Below are positions 1 to 9,542 of a stretch of DNA of 64,000 nucleotides, piece after piece. The notes under the pieces were generated by a model. It searched no databases. It was not told the origin of the DNA and saw only the letters and a program-made list of their open reading frames with translations. Source of the stretch: Pyrinomonadaceae bacterium (lineage in GTDB: Bacteria; Acidobacteriota; Blastocatellia; Pyrinomonadales; Pyrinomonadaceae). Position numbers and translations under genes: made by a program. The stretch lies in the NCBI GenBank assembly GCA_041743485.1, contig JBGTMR010000184.1, forward strand, positions 4,242 through 68,241, written 5' to 3'. Each line of letters opens with the position of its first letter. Position 1 is the stretch's first letter.

Positions 1-1895
1 GTCACGAAATTGCCCCAGCGCGGATCGAGAATTGATTCTTCGGTCAGAGCCATTCCGATGCCCCAGACAATTCCGCCGATGATTTGCGAGCGCGCCGTTT
101 TCGGATTCAAAATCTTCCCTGCGCCCGTGACCGCGAGAAAACGCGGAATCTTCACCATTCCGGTTGCATCATTCACCCACACTTCCGCGAAATTCGCGTT
201 GAAGCTGTGCGACGAATATTTGTCCGCGTCGGCAGGCGGTTTCGCGTCAACTCTGGTTTGAAATTCGCTCAATTTTTCGGAAATCATTAACTGCGTGGCG
301 GTCGGACGAACCTCAAAGATTTTGCCCGATTTAGCGATTAACTCGGCGGTGATTTTTACGCAGGCTTCGTTGACGGCGTTGGCGAAACTCGCTGCGCCGA
401 CCGAGCCGACCGAGCCGGCGGCAGGCGGCAAATTTGAATCGCCGATGCGCACGCTGATTTTCTCAAGCGGTAAATCCAAAGCGTCGGCAGCAGTTTGGGC
501 GAGAATCGTATGCGTTCCCGTTCCCAAATCGCTAGCGGCAAGCTCAACGCTCGCTCTGATGTCGCTGCCTGTGCGCGTCAATTTCACAATCGCGGAAGTG
601 TCGCGCTGTCTTGCCGGATAAGTTCCGCAAGCTATGCCGTAACCGATTAAGTAGTTGCCATTGCGGTTTTGACCCGGCTCCATTTTGCGCTTTTCCCATC
701 CGAACGCCTTCGCACCTTCCTGCAAACATTCGACGGTTTTGCGCGACGACCAAGGTTTGCCGTTTGAAGGGTCTTTCGCCGGTTCGTTTTTCAGACGAAA
801 CTCTATCGGGTCAATCCTAAGTTGGTATGCAAGTTCGTCAACCGCCGATTCGAGCGCGAAACTGCCTGTCGATTTGCCCGGACCGCGCGTGTAAGTTGGC
901 ATCATTATATTCAACGGCACGACACGGTATGAAATCAGTGAATTCGGAGTGTCATACATCAGTTTCGAGCAATCGCCGCACGGTTCGACATATTCACCGT
1001 TAACGGCACAATGCGTCGTTGTTTCGTGGGCGAGCGCAATTATTTTTCCGTCTTTGGTTGCAGCCAGACGAATTTTTTGCTGGTTTTCCTGGCGTAACCC
1101 GACCGAATTAAACATCTGCTGGCGCGTCAGTGCTAGTTTGACTGGACGATTAACGATTTTTGCGGCAACCGCAGCAAGAATCAGATTCGCCCATTGACCG
1201 CCCTTCGAGCCGAAGCCGCCGCCGATGTGCGGCGTAACGATGCGGACGTTTTCCGGTTTGATATTGAGCGTTGAAGCCGCCGCCGTCTGCGCCCCATTCA
1301 CAATTTGCGAACCGTTATACAGCGTCAGGTTTTCATTTTCCCAGAAAGCAATCGTCGCGTGCGGCTCCATCGGCTGGTGATGCTCAATCGGCGTATGATA
1401 AACGGCTTCGATTTTGTGTTCGGCGTTCCGAAAAGCCGTCTCGACATCGCCGCGAGACGCATCAACTTGATTTTTATCTTTCGGCAAGACGGCTTCTTTT
1501 TTGTGCTTCTCAAAATCGACTTTCGCATCCGCCTTTTCGTAATTAACTTTCACCAGCCGTGCCGCATAACGCGCCTGTTCAAAAGTTTCAGCGACGACCA
1601 CGCCGATATGCTGCCCGTGAAAGTCGATGTTCGGACTTTGCAGCAGCGCGCCGCCGCGAATGCCACCGTTTTCATTTAGTTTCGGCGCATTTTTATGCGT
1701 GATGACGGCGATCACTCCGTCGCTTTTTTCCGCCGCGCCCGTCTCAATATCAAGAATTCTCCCGGCAGCAATTTCGCTTTTGAAAATTACCGCATACGCC
1801 GTATTTTTGACCGCATAATCTGTCGCGTAATTCGCCGCGCCCGTCACTTTCGCGCGCCCGTCAATCCGGTCAATCGGTTTGCCAATCTCTGCCAT
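1..1895 (-). CDS. xanthine dehydrogenase/aldehyde oxidase-family molybdopterin-binding large subunit (3' end beyond window edge)
   Basis: Absent from the ORF track because the frame has no stop inside the window. Reverse translation from ATG 1895-1893 reads MAEIGKPIDRIDGRAKVTGAANYATDYAVKN..., colinear with the 760-aa paralog at 5294-7576 (MAVTGKPIDRKDGRLKVTGAAKYAAEF...). The stretches I translated contain no stop, and the absence of any listed ORF in this frame implies it is open to nt 1. Confidence 0.85.
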   Translation of the reverse strand, partial: MAEIGKPIDRIDGRAKVTGAANYATDYAVKNTAYAVIFKSEIAAGRILDIETGAAEKSDGVIAVITHKNAPKLNENGGIRGGALLQSPNIDFHGQHIGVVVAETFEQARYAARLVKVNYEKADAKVDFEKHKKEAVLPKDKNQVDASRGDVETAFRNAEHKIEAVYHTPIEHHQPMEPHATIAFWENENLTLYNGSQIVNGAQTAAASTLNIKPENVRIVTPHIGGGFGSKGGQWANLILAAVAAKIVNRPVKLALTRQQMFNSVGLRQENQQKIRLAATKDGKIIALAHETTTHCAVNGEYVEPCGDCSKLMYDTPNSLISYRVVPLNIMMPTYTRGPGKSTGSFALESAVDELAYQLRIDPIEFRLKNEPAKDPSNGKPWSSRKTVECLQEGAKAFGWEKRKMEPGQNRNGNYLIGYGIACGTYPARQRDTSAIVKLTRTGSDIRASVELAASDLGTGTHTILAQTAADALDLPLEKISVRIGDSNLPPAAGSVGSVGAASFANAVNEACVKITAELIAKSGKIFEVRPTATQLMISEKLSEFQTRVDAKPPADADKYSSHSFNANFAEVWVNDATGMVKIPRFLAVTGAGKILNPKTARSQIIGGIVWGIGMALTEESILDPRWGNFV

Positions 1896-1896
1896 C

Positions 1897-2310
1897 TTAG
1901 TTGTTTCCTTGCTTGGCTACCGCCTCAACCTCTACAAGTGTTGACGGTGATGCGGGTGATGCGAGTGAAGCGACGCCGATACCGGTTACAGCCGGATGAG
2001 ATTCGCCTAAAAAGCCGGAAAGAATAGGGGCAAGAGTTTCCATGTGTTCTCCAAGTTCACCTCGGACATACACGCGAACATGCAATAACTGTCCGACTGA
2101 TGAACCAGCGGCTGTTAAGGCGATTTTAAGATTGTCGAGCGCCTTTCTCGCTTGTCCTTCGATTGAGTTCTCTGTGGTCTCATATTGATGATTCCATGCG
2201 ACTTGACCGGATATGAAAACCAATCCCGATTCCGTCTCGACAGTAGCTTGAGACATGCCGAATGCCGCACCATCGTACAGTTCCTCTGGATTGATTAGTT
2301 TTTTGCCCAT
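1897..2310 (-). CDS. RidA/YjgF/UK114-family protein
   Basis: ORF 1897-2358 has family-like blocks GLVFISGQVAW, VRVYV and VEVEAVA. Start moved to ATG 2310, which has a GAGGA RBS. The stop lies 1 nt from the start of the downstream Mo-subunit gene. Confidence 0.8.
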   Translation of the reverse strand: MGKKLINPEELYDGAAFGMSQATVETESGLVFISGQVAWNHQYETTENSIEGQARKALDNLKIALTAAGSSVGQLLHVRVYVRGELGEHMETLAPILSGFLGESHPAVTGIGVASLASPASPSTLVEVEAVAKQGNN

Positions 2311-2401
2311 GTTGTCCTCGTAGTTAATTTGAGTAAGCTGTTTCGCCCTCACGTCCATTGGAGTTGTTGGGTTGCGCCGTTATTTTCACCACGTTTCAAA
2401 T

Positions 2402-3331
2402 CTATGCTTCGACTTGCAAAACAATCTTGCCGCGTGTGCGCCCGCTTTGGGAAAGCTGATGTGCCTTTTTTACTTCTGTCATCGGCAGAACGGTTTCGAC
2501 GTGTGTTTTCAATTTGCCTTCTTCAATCAAACCGTTGATTTCGATTAATTGCTGCGCGCTCGACTTACAAAAGACAAACGCGGCTTGGACGCCGAACTCT
2601 TTGGCTTTCTCTTCGGACGGAGGCTGCGCCGATGTCACCAAAAAGCCGCCTTTTTTCAGAGTTTGGAACGCTCGCTCTTGGGTGTCACCGCCGACCGTAT
2701 CGAACACGACATCAACGTCTTTGATGACTTCTTCAAACGGTTGTTTGGTGTAATCAACGAACTCATCCGCGCCCAAATCGCGGACGAATTTTTCATTGCG
2801 TCCCGAAGCCATGCCAATTACGTATGCGCCTTTCGCTTTAGCAAGCTGAACCGCCATCGAACCGACTCCGCCCGACGCGCCGGTGATCAGGATTCTTTGC
2901 CCGCTGCTCAAGTGAGCCAAATCGAACATCGATTGCCACGCAGTCAACGCGGCAATCGGGAGCGATGCCGCATTTTCATAATCGAGGCTTTCCGGTTTGG
3001 GCGCGATGGCGTCTGCTTTGGTCACCGCGTATTCGGCGTAACCACCGGACAGGGTGGAGAGGGTCATCCCGTAAACCGCATCGCCCTTCTTGAAATTTTT
3101 AACCTCAACGCCAACCTCTTCGACGGTTCCGGCGATGTCGCCGCCAAGAATCAGCGGAAGTTTGAAGCCGAACATTTCGCCCATCCCATCGCGGATTTTC
3201 CAATCAGCCGGATTGACGCCTGCGATGTGAACTTTCACCAAAATCTCGTCCGCTTTCGGCTCTGGACGCTCCGTCTCGGTATAACCCAAAACGCTTTCAT
3301 TGCCGTATTGCTTAATTACTATTGCTTTCAT
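2402..3331 (-). CDS. MDR-superfamily NAD(P)H:quinone oxidoreductase-like protein
   Basis: [10 protein letters not shown]..., [12 protein letters not shown] and [17 protein letters not shown] (Rossmann GxGxxG). An AGGAG RBS precedes ATG 3331. Confidence 0.85.
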   Translation of the reverse strand: MKAIVIKQYGNESVLGYTETERPEPKADEILVKVHIAGVNPADWKIRDGMGEMFGFKLPLILGGDIAGTVEEVGVEVKNFKKGDAVYGMTLSTLSGGYAEYAVTKADAIAPKPESLDYENAASLPIAALTAWQSMFDLAHLSSGQRILITGASGGVGSMAVQLAKAKGAYVIGMASGRNEKFVRDLGADEFVDYTKQPFEEVIKDVDVVFDTVGGDTQERAFQTLKKGGFLVTSAQPPSEEKAKEFGVQAAFVFCKSSAQQLIEINGLIEEGKLKTHVETVLPMTEVKKAHQLSQSGRTRGKIVLQVEA

Positions 3332-3432
3332 TTTTCTCCTAATGTTCAAGCGGATACTTCAACCCGAGCCGCTGGTCATGCACAGTTCGCGACTGCTTCG
3401 GTCCTCTCAATGACGTTGTTAACCGTCTGAAA

Positions 3433-4167
3433 CTACCATGGACTTTCTCCGGTTTCCGGGCTGTTGTCATCACTAAAAAACTTTCCTGTCGGACCGTCAG
3501 CGTCGATGGTGGCGTATTTCACCAAACGCGCGCCCGCCTCCTCGACGGAACCGGTTCCGCTGTGCTGGTTGAAATCTGTGGCTGTGAATCCGGGATCAAC
3601 AGCGTTAACTTTGAACGGTGTATCACGCAGCTCGTAAGCCAAAGCAATCGTGTACATATTGAGTGCCGCTTTTGATGAATTGTAAACAGCCGCTTTAACT
3701 TTGTAATACTTCCATGCGGGGTCGTTGTGCAGGGTGAGTGAAGCCAAGCCTGACGTTACATTCACGATGCGGGGTTGGTCGGACTTTTGCAGCAAATCCA
3801 TGAAAGCCTGTGTGACTCTCACAACACCAAACAAATTCGTATCAAACACCTCCTTGAAAACAGCTATATCTGTACTTGTTGTTTGATCCATGCCACCGCT
3901 GATACCGGCGTTATTGATCAACACATCCAACACTTCGGTTTTTTTGCCTATTTCGGCACGGGCTGCCTTTACCGATTCATCATTGCTGACATCTATTTGT
4001 ATGGCTTCCAAATTGGTCAAGCTTTCGGCTTTTAGCTTTTCGACAGCTTCCAGTCCGTTCTCTAAATTACGGCTGCCTAAGTAAATGTAGTATCCCCTTT
4101 GCAGCAATTGGCGGGCGGTTTCAAAGCCAATACTTTTATTGGCACCAGTGATTAATACTTTTTTCAT
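3433..4167 (-). CDS. SDR-family oxidoreductase
   Basis: MKKVLITGANKSIGFETARQL (TGxxxGxG), NNAG and YNSSK (YxxxK). Paralog of 20415-21161. Start placed at ATG 4167. Confidence 0.85.
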   Translation of the reverse strand: MKKVLITGANKSIGFETARQLLQRGYYIYLGSRNLENGLEAVEKLKAESLTNLEAIQIDVSNDESVKAARAEIGKKTEVLDVLINNAGISGGMDQTTSTDIAVFKEVFDTNLFGVVRVTQAFMDLLQKSDQPRIVNVTSGLASLTLHNDPAWKYYKVKAAVYNSSKAALNMYTIALAYELRDTPFKVNAVDPGFTATDFNQHSGTGSVEEAGARLVKYATIDADGPTGKFFSDDNSPETGESPW

Positions 4168-4285
4168 GATTTTTCTATTTAACCTCATCCGCTTTCGGCT
4201 CTGGAACCTGTTTCTATGTGGATACTTTAAATGCGAATCAAGAGTAGAAAAGGCAGAGTAACCGTGAGTTGATTAAGATTGGTTT

Positions 4286-5188
4286 GTGGAACACAAACTT
4301 ATCGAACTTTACCTGTTAATCTGTCGCCTCTACGATACTCAGCCGGTATTGAAAGAGCAGTGCTTGAGTAACTTCAAGCCAGCATTTACCGACGAAGAAC
4401 TCTTAACCATGTACTTGTTCGGACATCTGCAAGGACACACCCTACAACGCCGTATCTACGATTACATGCTCACGCATTGGCACGAATGGTTTCCTGACTT
4501 GCCGAGCTATCAGGCATTCAACCGTCGGTTGAACGAACTGGCTCCGGCTTTCGAGTTAATCATTGAGCGCGTGTTGTATCGCGCACTGGCAACCGTGAAT
4601 GCGCGCGATGACCGCCTGATCGACTCGCTGCCCGTGATGTTGGCTCAAGCCGCGCGCTCCACCACGGCGCGTCAAGCCGCGCGCTCCACCACGGCGCGCG
4701 TCGCCGCCCCCATCGCCGACAAAGGCTTTTGTGCCAGCAAAAATGCTTTCTATTACGGAGTTAAGTTGCACGCGGTGGTTGTGCGCCGCCACGCTCAGTT
4801 GCCGATACCTCAACAACTTTGGCTTTCGCGCGCTTCGCAACATGATCTCTCAGTACTGCGCGAAGTCAATCCAGCACTCGGCAACTGCGGACTGTTCGGC
4901 GACAAAGCCTTTGCTTGTCAAAAGACCGCCGCCGAGTTCGCCGCACGCGGCATTTACTTGCTTACGCCGACCAAAGCGAATCGTGGACAACCACTTGTCA
5001 GGGGCGGCGAAGTACTGCTCTCACGCTTCGTCTCAAGCGTGCGGCAACCGTTGGGGAGTCTCTTTGGCTGGTTAATTCAAAGAACTGATATTCACAACGC
5101 TTCGCGTGTGCGTTCAACGAATGGCTTACTCATCCATTGCTACGGCAAACTCGCTGTAGCCTGTCTGTTGTTAACCCTCTACTCTTGA
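4286..5188 (+). CDS. DDE transposase (IS982-like)
   Basis: 300-aa ORF. The N-terminus ...LICRLYDTQ...FTDEELLTMYLF...WFPDLPSYQAFNRRLNEL fits the IS982-type pattern as I remember it. It fills the IR-bounded element. Confidence 0.75.
   Translation: MEHKLIELYLLICRLYDTQPVLKEQCLSNFKPAFTDEELLTMYLFGHLQGHTLQRRIYDYMLTHWHEWFPDLPSYQAFNRRLNELAPAFELIIERVLYRALATVNARDDRLIDSLPVMLAQAARSTTARQAARSTTARVAAPIADKGFCASKNAFYYGVKLHAVVVRRHAQLPIPQQLWLSRASQHDLSVLREVNPALGNCGLFGDKAFACQKTAAEFAARGIYLLTPTKANRGQPLVRGGEVLLSRFVSSVRQPLGSLFGWLIQRTDIHNASRVRSTNGLLIHCYGKLAVACLLLTLYS
4646..4699 (+). repeat. 27-bp tandem duplication inside the transposase gene
   Basis: CAAGCCGCGCGCTCCACCACGGCGCG(T/C) occurs twice back to back (4646-4672 and 4673-4699). 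It encodes an in-frame QAARSTTAR duplication. Confidence 0.9.
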
Positions 5189-5293
5189 TTCGCATTTTAA
5201 CCAAGTGGTTTCTTTATCGGCGCATCCGGTTCAACCGATGGCAACAAAAACGTTTGCGTCAGAGCGCGAACAATCGCCCTGCGGCGATTTCTG

Positions 5294-7576
5294 TTAAATC
5301 AATTTATCGGGAGTTAATGGCAAATCGCGGATACGCTTGCCGGTCGCGTTGAAGACCGCGTTGGCGACTGCCGCCGAGACGCCTGTGATGCCGATTTCGC
5401 CGATGCCGCGTGCGCCGATGGGCGAGATGTGGGGGTCGTGTTTGCCGATAAAATGAACGTCGATCTCTGGAACATCGAGATTAACCGGAACGTGGTAATC
5501 GGCGAGTGTGCGCGTGACCGGGTTCGCCCATCGGTGGTCGTACTCGGTCGCTTCCATCAGCGCCGCGCCGAGACCGAAAATCACGCCGCCGATGATCTGC
5601 GAGCGCGCGGTTTTTTCGTTCATGATGCGCCCGACATCCTGCACGCTCGTGAAGTGCTTGACGCGGATTGTGCCTAAATCCTCGTCCACCCAGACTTCCG
5701 CGAACTGCGCGCCAAACGAGTGGAACGAGTATTTTTTATCGTCGCTGTTTTCTTCCTGATTCGTCGGCGCAGGACTACACGGCGCGCCGGGCGCACCGAG
5801 TCCGCTGCCCGAGGCGGGCATCGTCGTCGCGCAGGCTTCCATCATCGTCTTGCTGTTGCGGCGCATGATGTCGGTGTATGAATCGGAAATCGAAGCGTCG
5901 CTACGAACGAAAAACTTCGCATCGGCGAAAGCGACTTCTTCGGCGCGTCTGCCGTTTAGTTCCGACTTCGCATCCATCGTCGCCAACTTCATCAAACTTG
6001 CGCGCAGCATTTCGCTCGCCGCCAAAACCGCCGGATGAACGCTCGCCGTCGTTTGCGAACCGCCGGCGAGCGGCGCGGGCGGCAAAAGCGTATCGCCGAT
6101 TTGGACCGTGATTTTCTCGACGGATACGCCGAGGGCGTCGGCGGCAGTCTGCGCCAAAACCGTGTAAGTTCCCGTTCCGATGTCAGCCGCAGCGGTCATC
6201 ACTTTAACGTCGCCGTTGATGCTCATCTGCACGCGCGCCGACGCGGAACTGCGTCCCGCCGGGTAAGTCGCCGTCGCCATTCCGTAGCCGACCAAGTATT
6301 TACCGTTACGGCTCGCGCGCGGCTGCATCTTGCGATTCGACCAACCAAATTTCTGCGCTCCCGTCCGGTAACACTCCACCAGATGGTCGCTTGAAAACGG
6401 ATGCTTTTTGAGCGGGTCAACCGTCGCGTGATTGAGAACTCGGAACTCAACGGGGTCGAGCTTCATCTCGAACGCCATTTCGTCCATCGCCGATTCGAGC
6501 GCGAAACAGCCCGGTGCTTCGCCCGGCGCGCGCATAAAGGTCGGCGTGCCGATGTTTAATCTGGCGACTTGGTAAGTGATTTCCCGCAGCGGGGCAGCGT
6601 ATAAAACTCCGGTTTGTTTGCCGCTCGGTTCAAAAAAATGGGTCAGATTCGTGTAAGAATCGCTGTGGTGACGAATGACTGAGAGTTTCCCGTCCGACCC
6701 AGCGCCGAGCGCAATCTTTTGACTCGTTTGGCTGCGCCGTCCGACGTTCGTCACCATCATCTGGCGCGTGATGGCGATTTTGATTGGACGTTTAACTCTT
6801 TGACTAGCCATCGCCGCGAGCAGAATGGGTTGCAGAAATGTTCCTTTGCAGCCGAAACCGCCGCCCACGAACGGCGAAATTACACGCACGTTTTCCGGCT
6901 TGAGGTCGAGGAAATATGCCGCCAACGCGCGCGTGCTGAGAACTCCCTGTGTCGCATCGTAGAGCGTTAGTTTGTCCGTTGCTTCCCACATGGCGACGGT
7001 CGCGTGCGGCTCCATCGGATGATGATTTTCAGTTGAAGTCGTGTAGGTTTGTTCGAGTTTGATTGGCGCGGCGGCGAGCAGCGGCGCGGCTTTGCCGGTG
7101 TTGATCTGCGCTTCTTCGCCTAGAAAACTTTCCGGCTTGTAACCCTTTGGCAACTCGCTTTTCATGTCGCTCGCGGGCTTCTGTTCCGCGTAATTGATTT
7201 TCAGAAGCGCGGCGGCGCCGCGTGCCTGCTCGTAAGTTTCGGCGATAACGAGCGCGACGATCTGTCCGAAGTAATGAACTTTATTGTCTTGGAGCGGAGC
7301 TAATTCTTCAGCTAGAAGTCCGCCGCTTTTCATAGTCGCCTGCGAATCGGCAGCCTTCAGACGTGGAGCGTTTTCGTGCGTCAAGATGTTCAGCACGCCC
7401 GCCACGCTCGACGCTGCGCGGGTGTCGAATGCGGTGATCGTTCCTTTCGCTATCGTTGTACGCACGGGGAAAGCGTAAGCCATGTTCGCTTGATTGAACT
7501 CGGCGGCATACTTCGCCGCGCCCGTCACCTTCAGACGCCCGTCTTTGCGGTCAATCGGTTTGCCTGTCACTGCCAT
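5294..7576 (-). CDS. aldehyde oxidoreductase/xanthine dehydrogenase-family molybdopterin subunit (PaoC/YagR-like)
   Basis: 760-aa ORF with N-terminal GKPIDRKDGRLKVTG. It is the last gene of an FeS-FAD-Mo gene order. Confidence 0.9.
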   Translation of the reverse strand: MAVTGKPIDRKDGRLKVTGAAKYAAEFNQANMAYAFPVRTTIAKGTITAFDTRAASSVAGVLNILTHENAPRLKAADSQATMKSGGLLAEELAPLQDNKVHYFGQIVALVIAETYEQARGAAALLKINYAEQKPASDMKSELPKGYKPESFLGEEAQINTGKAAPLLAAAPIKLEQTYTTSTENHHPMEPHATVAMWEATDKLTLYDATQGVLSTRALAAYFLDLKPENVRVISPFVGGGFGCKGTFLQPILLAAMASQRVKRPIKIAITRQMMVTNVGRRSQTSQKIALGAGSDGKLSVIRHHSDSYTNLTHFFEPSGKQTGVLYAAPLREITYQVARLNIGTPTFMRAPGEAPGCFALESAMDEMAFEMKLDPVEFRVLNHATVDPLKKHPFSSDHLVECYRTGAQKFGWSNRKMQPRASRNGKYLVGYGMATATYPAGRSSASARVQMSINGDVKVMTAAADIGTGTYTVLAQTAADALGVSVEKITVQIGDTLLPPAPLAGGSQTTASVHPAVLAASEMLRASLMKLATMDAKSELNGRRAEEVAFADAKFFVRSDASISDSYTDIMRRNSKTMMEACATTMPASGSGLGAPGAPCSPAPTNQEENSDDKKYSFHSFGAQFAEVWVDEDLGTIRVKHFTSVQDVGRIMNEKTARSQIIGGVIFGLGAALMEATEYDHRWANPVTRTLADYHVPVNLDVPEIDVHFIGKHDPHISPIGARGIGEIGITGVSAAVANAVFNATGKRIRDLPLTPDKLI

Positions 7577-7601
7577 GTTGGTCGCCTCCCAGCTGCAAAA
7601 G

Positions 7602-8612
7602 CTATGCGTTCGTTCCGCCGTTTAGGGCTTGAGTCAAAGCACGCACAATCGCCCGTTTGCCCAATTCGACTTTGAACGTGTTGTGTTCGAGCGGGCGCGC
7701 GCCTCGCATCTCGGCTTCGGCTGCTAATTTGAAGTTCGCTTCCGTCGCCGTTTTGCCGATGAGGAACTTTTCAGCTTCAAAAGCCCGCCACGGTTTGTGC
7801 GCCACGCCGCCCAGCGCAATCCTCGCTTGTTTTACTTGGCTGCCGTCAGTCTCAAGCGCCGCCGCGACCGACACGAGCGCGAACGCATAAGAAGCACGGT
7901 CGCGCACCTTCAGGTAGTAAGACTTATCCGCGAAGTTGTTCTTCGGTAGCTCGATTGACGTAATCAGTTCGCCGTGCGCGAGCGTGTTGTCTCGTTGCGG
8001 GGCATCGCCCGGCAAGCGGTGATACTCGGCGAACGGAATCGCGCGCGTTTGTCCGTCTGCACCTTGTACGCGGACGATTGCATCGAGCGCGACAAGCGCG
8101 ACGCACATATCCGACGGGTGCGTTGCGACACAACTCTCCGACCACCCGAAGATCGCGTGATTGCGGTTGATACCTTCTAATGCTCCGCAGCCAGTGCCGG
8201 GTTCGCGCTTGTTGCAAGGCATCGCTGTGTCATAGAAGTACGAACAACGTGTGCGCTGATTCAAGTTGCCGCCGTTGGTCGCCATGTTGCGAATCTGCGC
8301 GCTTGCACCCGCCAAGATCGCCCGCGTCAACAGCGGGTAGTTCTGCCGCACGAGCGGGTGGTTCGCCGCGTCGGTATTCTTGCCCAAGCTGCCGATGGAG
8401 ACGCCGCCACGATTTGCGCCGTCGGAGATCGTCTTGATCTGCGAGAGGTTCAAGCGCGTGATGTCAACGAGTTGATCGGGGCGCGCAACGTCTTCCTTCA
8501 TCAAGTCGAGGATGTTCGTGCCGCCTGCGAGAAACTGTGCGCTCATGTTCGTCGTCAGCAGTTGCGCGGCGGAAGTCGTGGTGTTCGCTCTTGAATACTT
8601 AAATGGTCGCAT
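7602..8612 (-). CDS. FAD-binding subunit of Mo-hydroxylase (PaoB/YagS/CoxM-like)
   Basis: MRPFKYSRA...FLAGGTNILDLMK... is a typical FAD_binding_5 N-terminus. Overlaps the upstream FeS gene by 14 nt. Confidence 0.9.
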   Translation of the reverse strand: MRPFKYSRANTTTSAAQLLTTNMSAQFLAGGTNILDLMKEDVARPDQLVDITRLNLSQIKTISDGANRGGVSIGSLGKNTDAANHPLVRQNYPLLTRAILAGASAQIRNMATNGGNLNQRTRCSYFYDTAMPCNKREPGTGCGALEGINRNHAIFGWSESCVATHPSDMCVALVALDAIVRVQGADGQTRAIPFAEYHRLPGDAPQRDNTLAHGELITSIELPKNNFADKSYYLKVRDRASYAFALVSVAAALETDGSQVKQARIALGGVAHKPWRAFEAEKFLIGKTATEANFKLAAEAEMRGARPLEHNTFKVELGKRAIVRALTQALNGGTNA

Positions 8613-9450
8613 CGGGCTTCTCCTCCGTGTGAAGTTGTTCGTTCACGGCGAAGATCGCTTGATCGTCATCGCCTGCGAACTGCCAGACTTGCGCTTGCGT
8701 CTTGCCGCTGTGAACTTCGCGGATCGCGGCGACGATGTTCGGGTACGCGCCGCAGCGACAGATATTTCCGCTCATGCGTTCACGAATTTCTTCGTCCGAC
8801 AACTGAAGCGAGCCAGATTTCTGCCGCACATCCGCTGTGACGTAACTCGCCTCGCCGTTTTTCGCTTCGTTCAGCAGCGCAACCGCCGAACAAATCTGAC
8901 CCGGCGTGCAGTAGCCGCATTGGAAACCGTCGTGCTTGATGAACGCCGCCTGCATCGCGTGCAAATCGTCGCCCTTCGCCAAGCCTTCGATTGTCGTCAC
9001 CGACCTGCCTTCGCACGTCGCGGCGAGCGTCAGACACGACAGCACGCGCCGCCCGTCAACGATCACCGTGCAGGCTCCACACTGCCCGTGGTCGCAGCCC
9101 TTCTTCGAGCCGGTCAACTCCAAGCGTTCACGCAAGGCATCGAGCAAGGTCATGCGCGAATCAACGCTCAAGGTTCGCTCCACGCCGTTGATCTTTAACT
9201 TCAACGCGACGGGAGAAAATTCGGTCGCAGTCGTCGCGCCTTGCACCTCTGCGGTGGAAGCGGCAAGAGCGTTCTGCCCGGTTAGTAACTGCACCGCGAG
9301 GACGCCGAGTGCCGTACCCGAAACTTGACCGAGAAACTGCCGACGCGAATCGCCGACCAGACCGAGTTCATCAAGCAGTCGCTCTTCGTCCGCCGCGATA
9401 CGTTCTTCGACGCTCTGTTCTTCGCTGAGTTCAGGAGTGTTTTTGTTCAT
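8599..9450 (-). CDS. [2Fe-2S]-binding small subunit with twin-arginine signal (PaoA/YagT-like)
   Basis: SRRQFLGQVSG is a Tat motif. CDHGQCGACTV and CGYCTPG are the two 2Fe-2S cysteine clusters. Confidence 0.9.
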   Translation of the reverse strand: MNKNTPELSEEQSVEERIAADEERLLDELGLVGDSRRQFLGQVSGTALGVLAVQLLTGQNALAASTAEVQGATTATEFSPVALKLKINGVERTLSVDSRMTLLDALRERLELTGSKKGCDHGQCGACTVIVDGRRVLSCLTLAATCEGRSVTTIEGLAKGDDLHAMQAAFIKHDGFQCGYCTPGQICSAVALLNEAKNGEASYVTADVRQKSGSLQLSDEEIRERMSGNICRCGAYPNIVAAIREVHSGKTQAQVWQFAGDDDQAIFAVNEQLHTEEKPDATI

Positions 9451-9542
9451 TTGATTCTCGCGTGCGATGGCTCGGTCGTCTGTGGTGCTTCATCCCTTGA
9501 TCGAGCCACTATCAATCGTTCGTGGTTAGTGAAGGTGCGGGG

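Larger units (their letters stand above)
4229..5197 (+). mobile_element. IS982-family-like insertion sequence
   Basis: Perfect 19-bp terminal inverted repeats, AAATGCGAATCAAGAGTAG at 4229-4247 and its reverse complement at 5179-5197, bracket a single transposase ORF. The element sits between two same-strand oxidoreductase gene blocks. Confidence 0.8.

Noticed and set aside
2549-3430. Long opposite-strand shadow ORFs. These are 2549-3430 (+), 8512-9198 (+), 11270-11863 (+), 19686-20279 (+), 23451-24332 (+), 35778-36356 (-), 42934-43563 (-), 40505-40936 (-), 49549-50103 (+) and 61213-61746 (-).
   Set aside because: Each lies antisense to a gene with clear family motifs, and each is Arg/Ala/Gly-rich as expected for GC-rich shadow frames.
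4217-4225. DnaA-box-like TGTGGATAC just outside the IS982 left end
   Set aside because: It is a single 8/9 match with no cluster and no AT-rich region, and it is far from the rep/iteron region.
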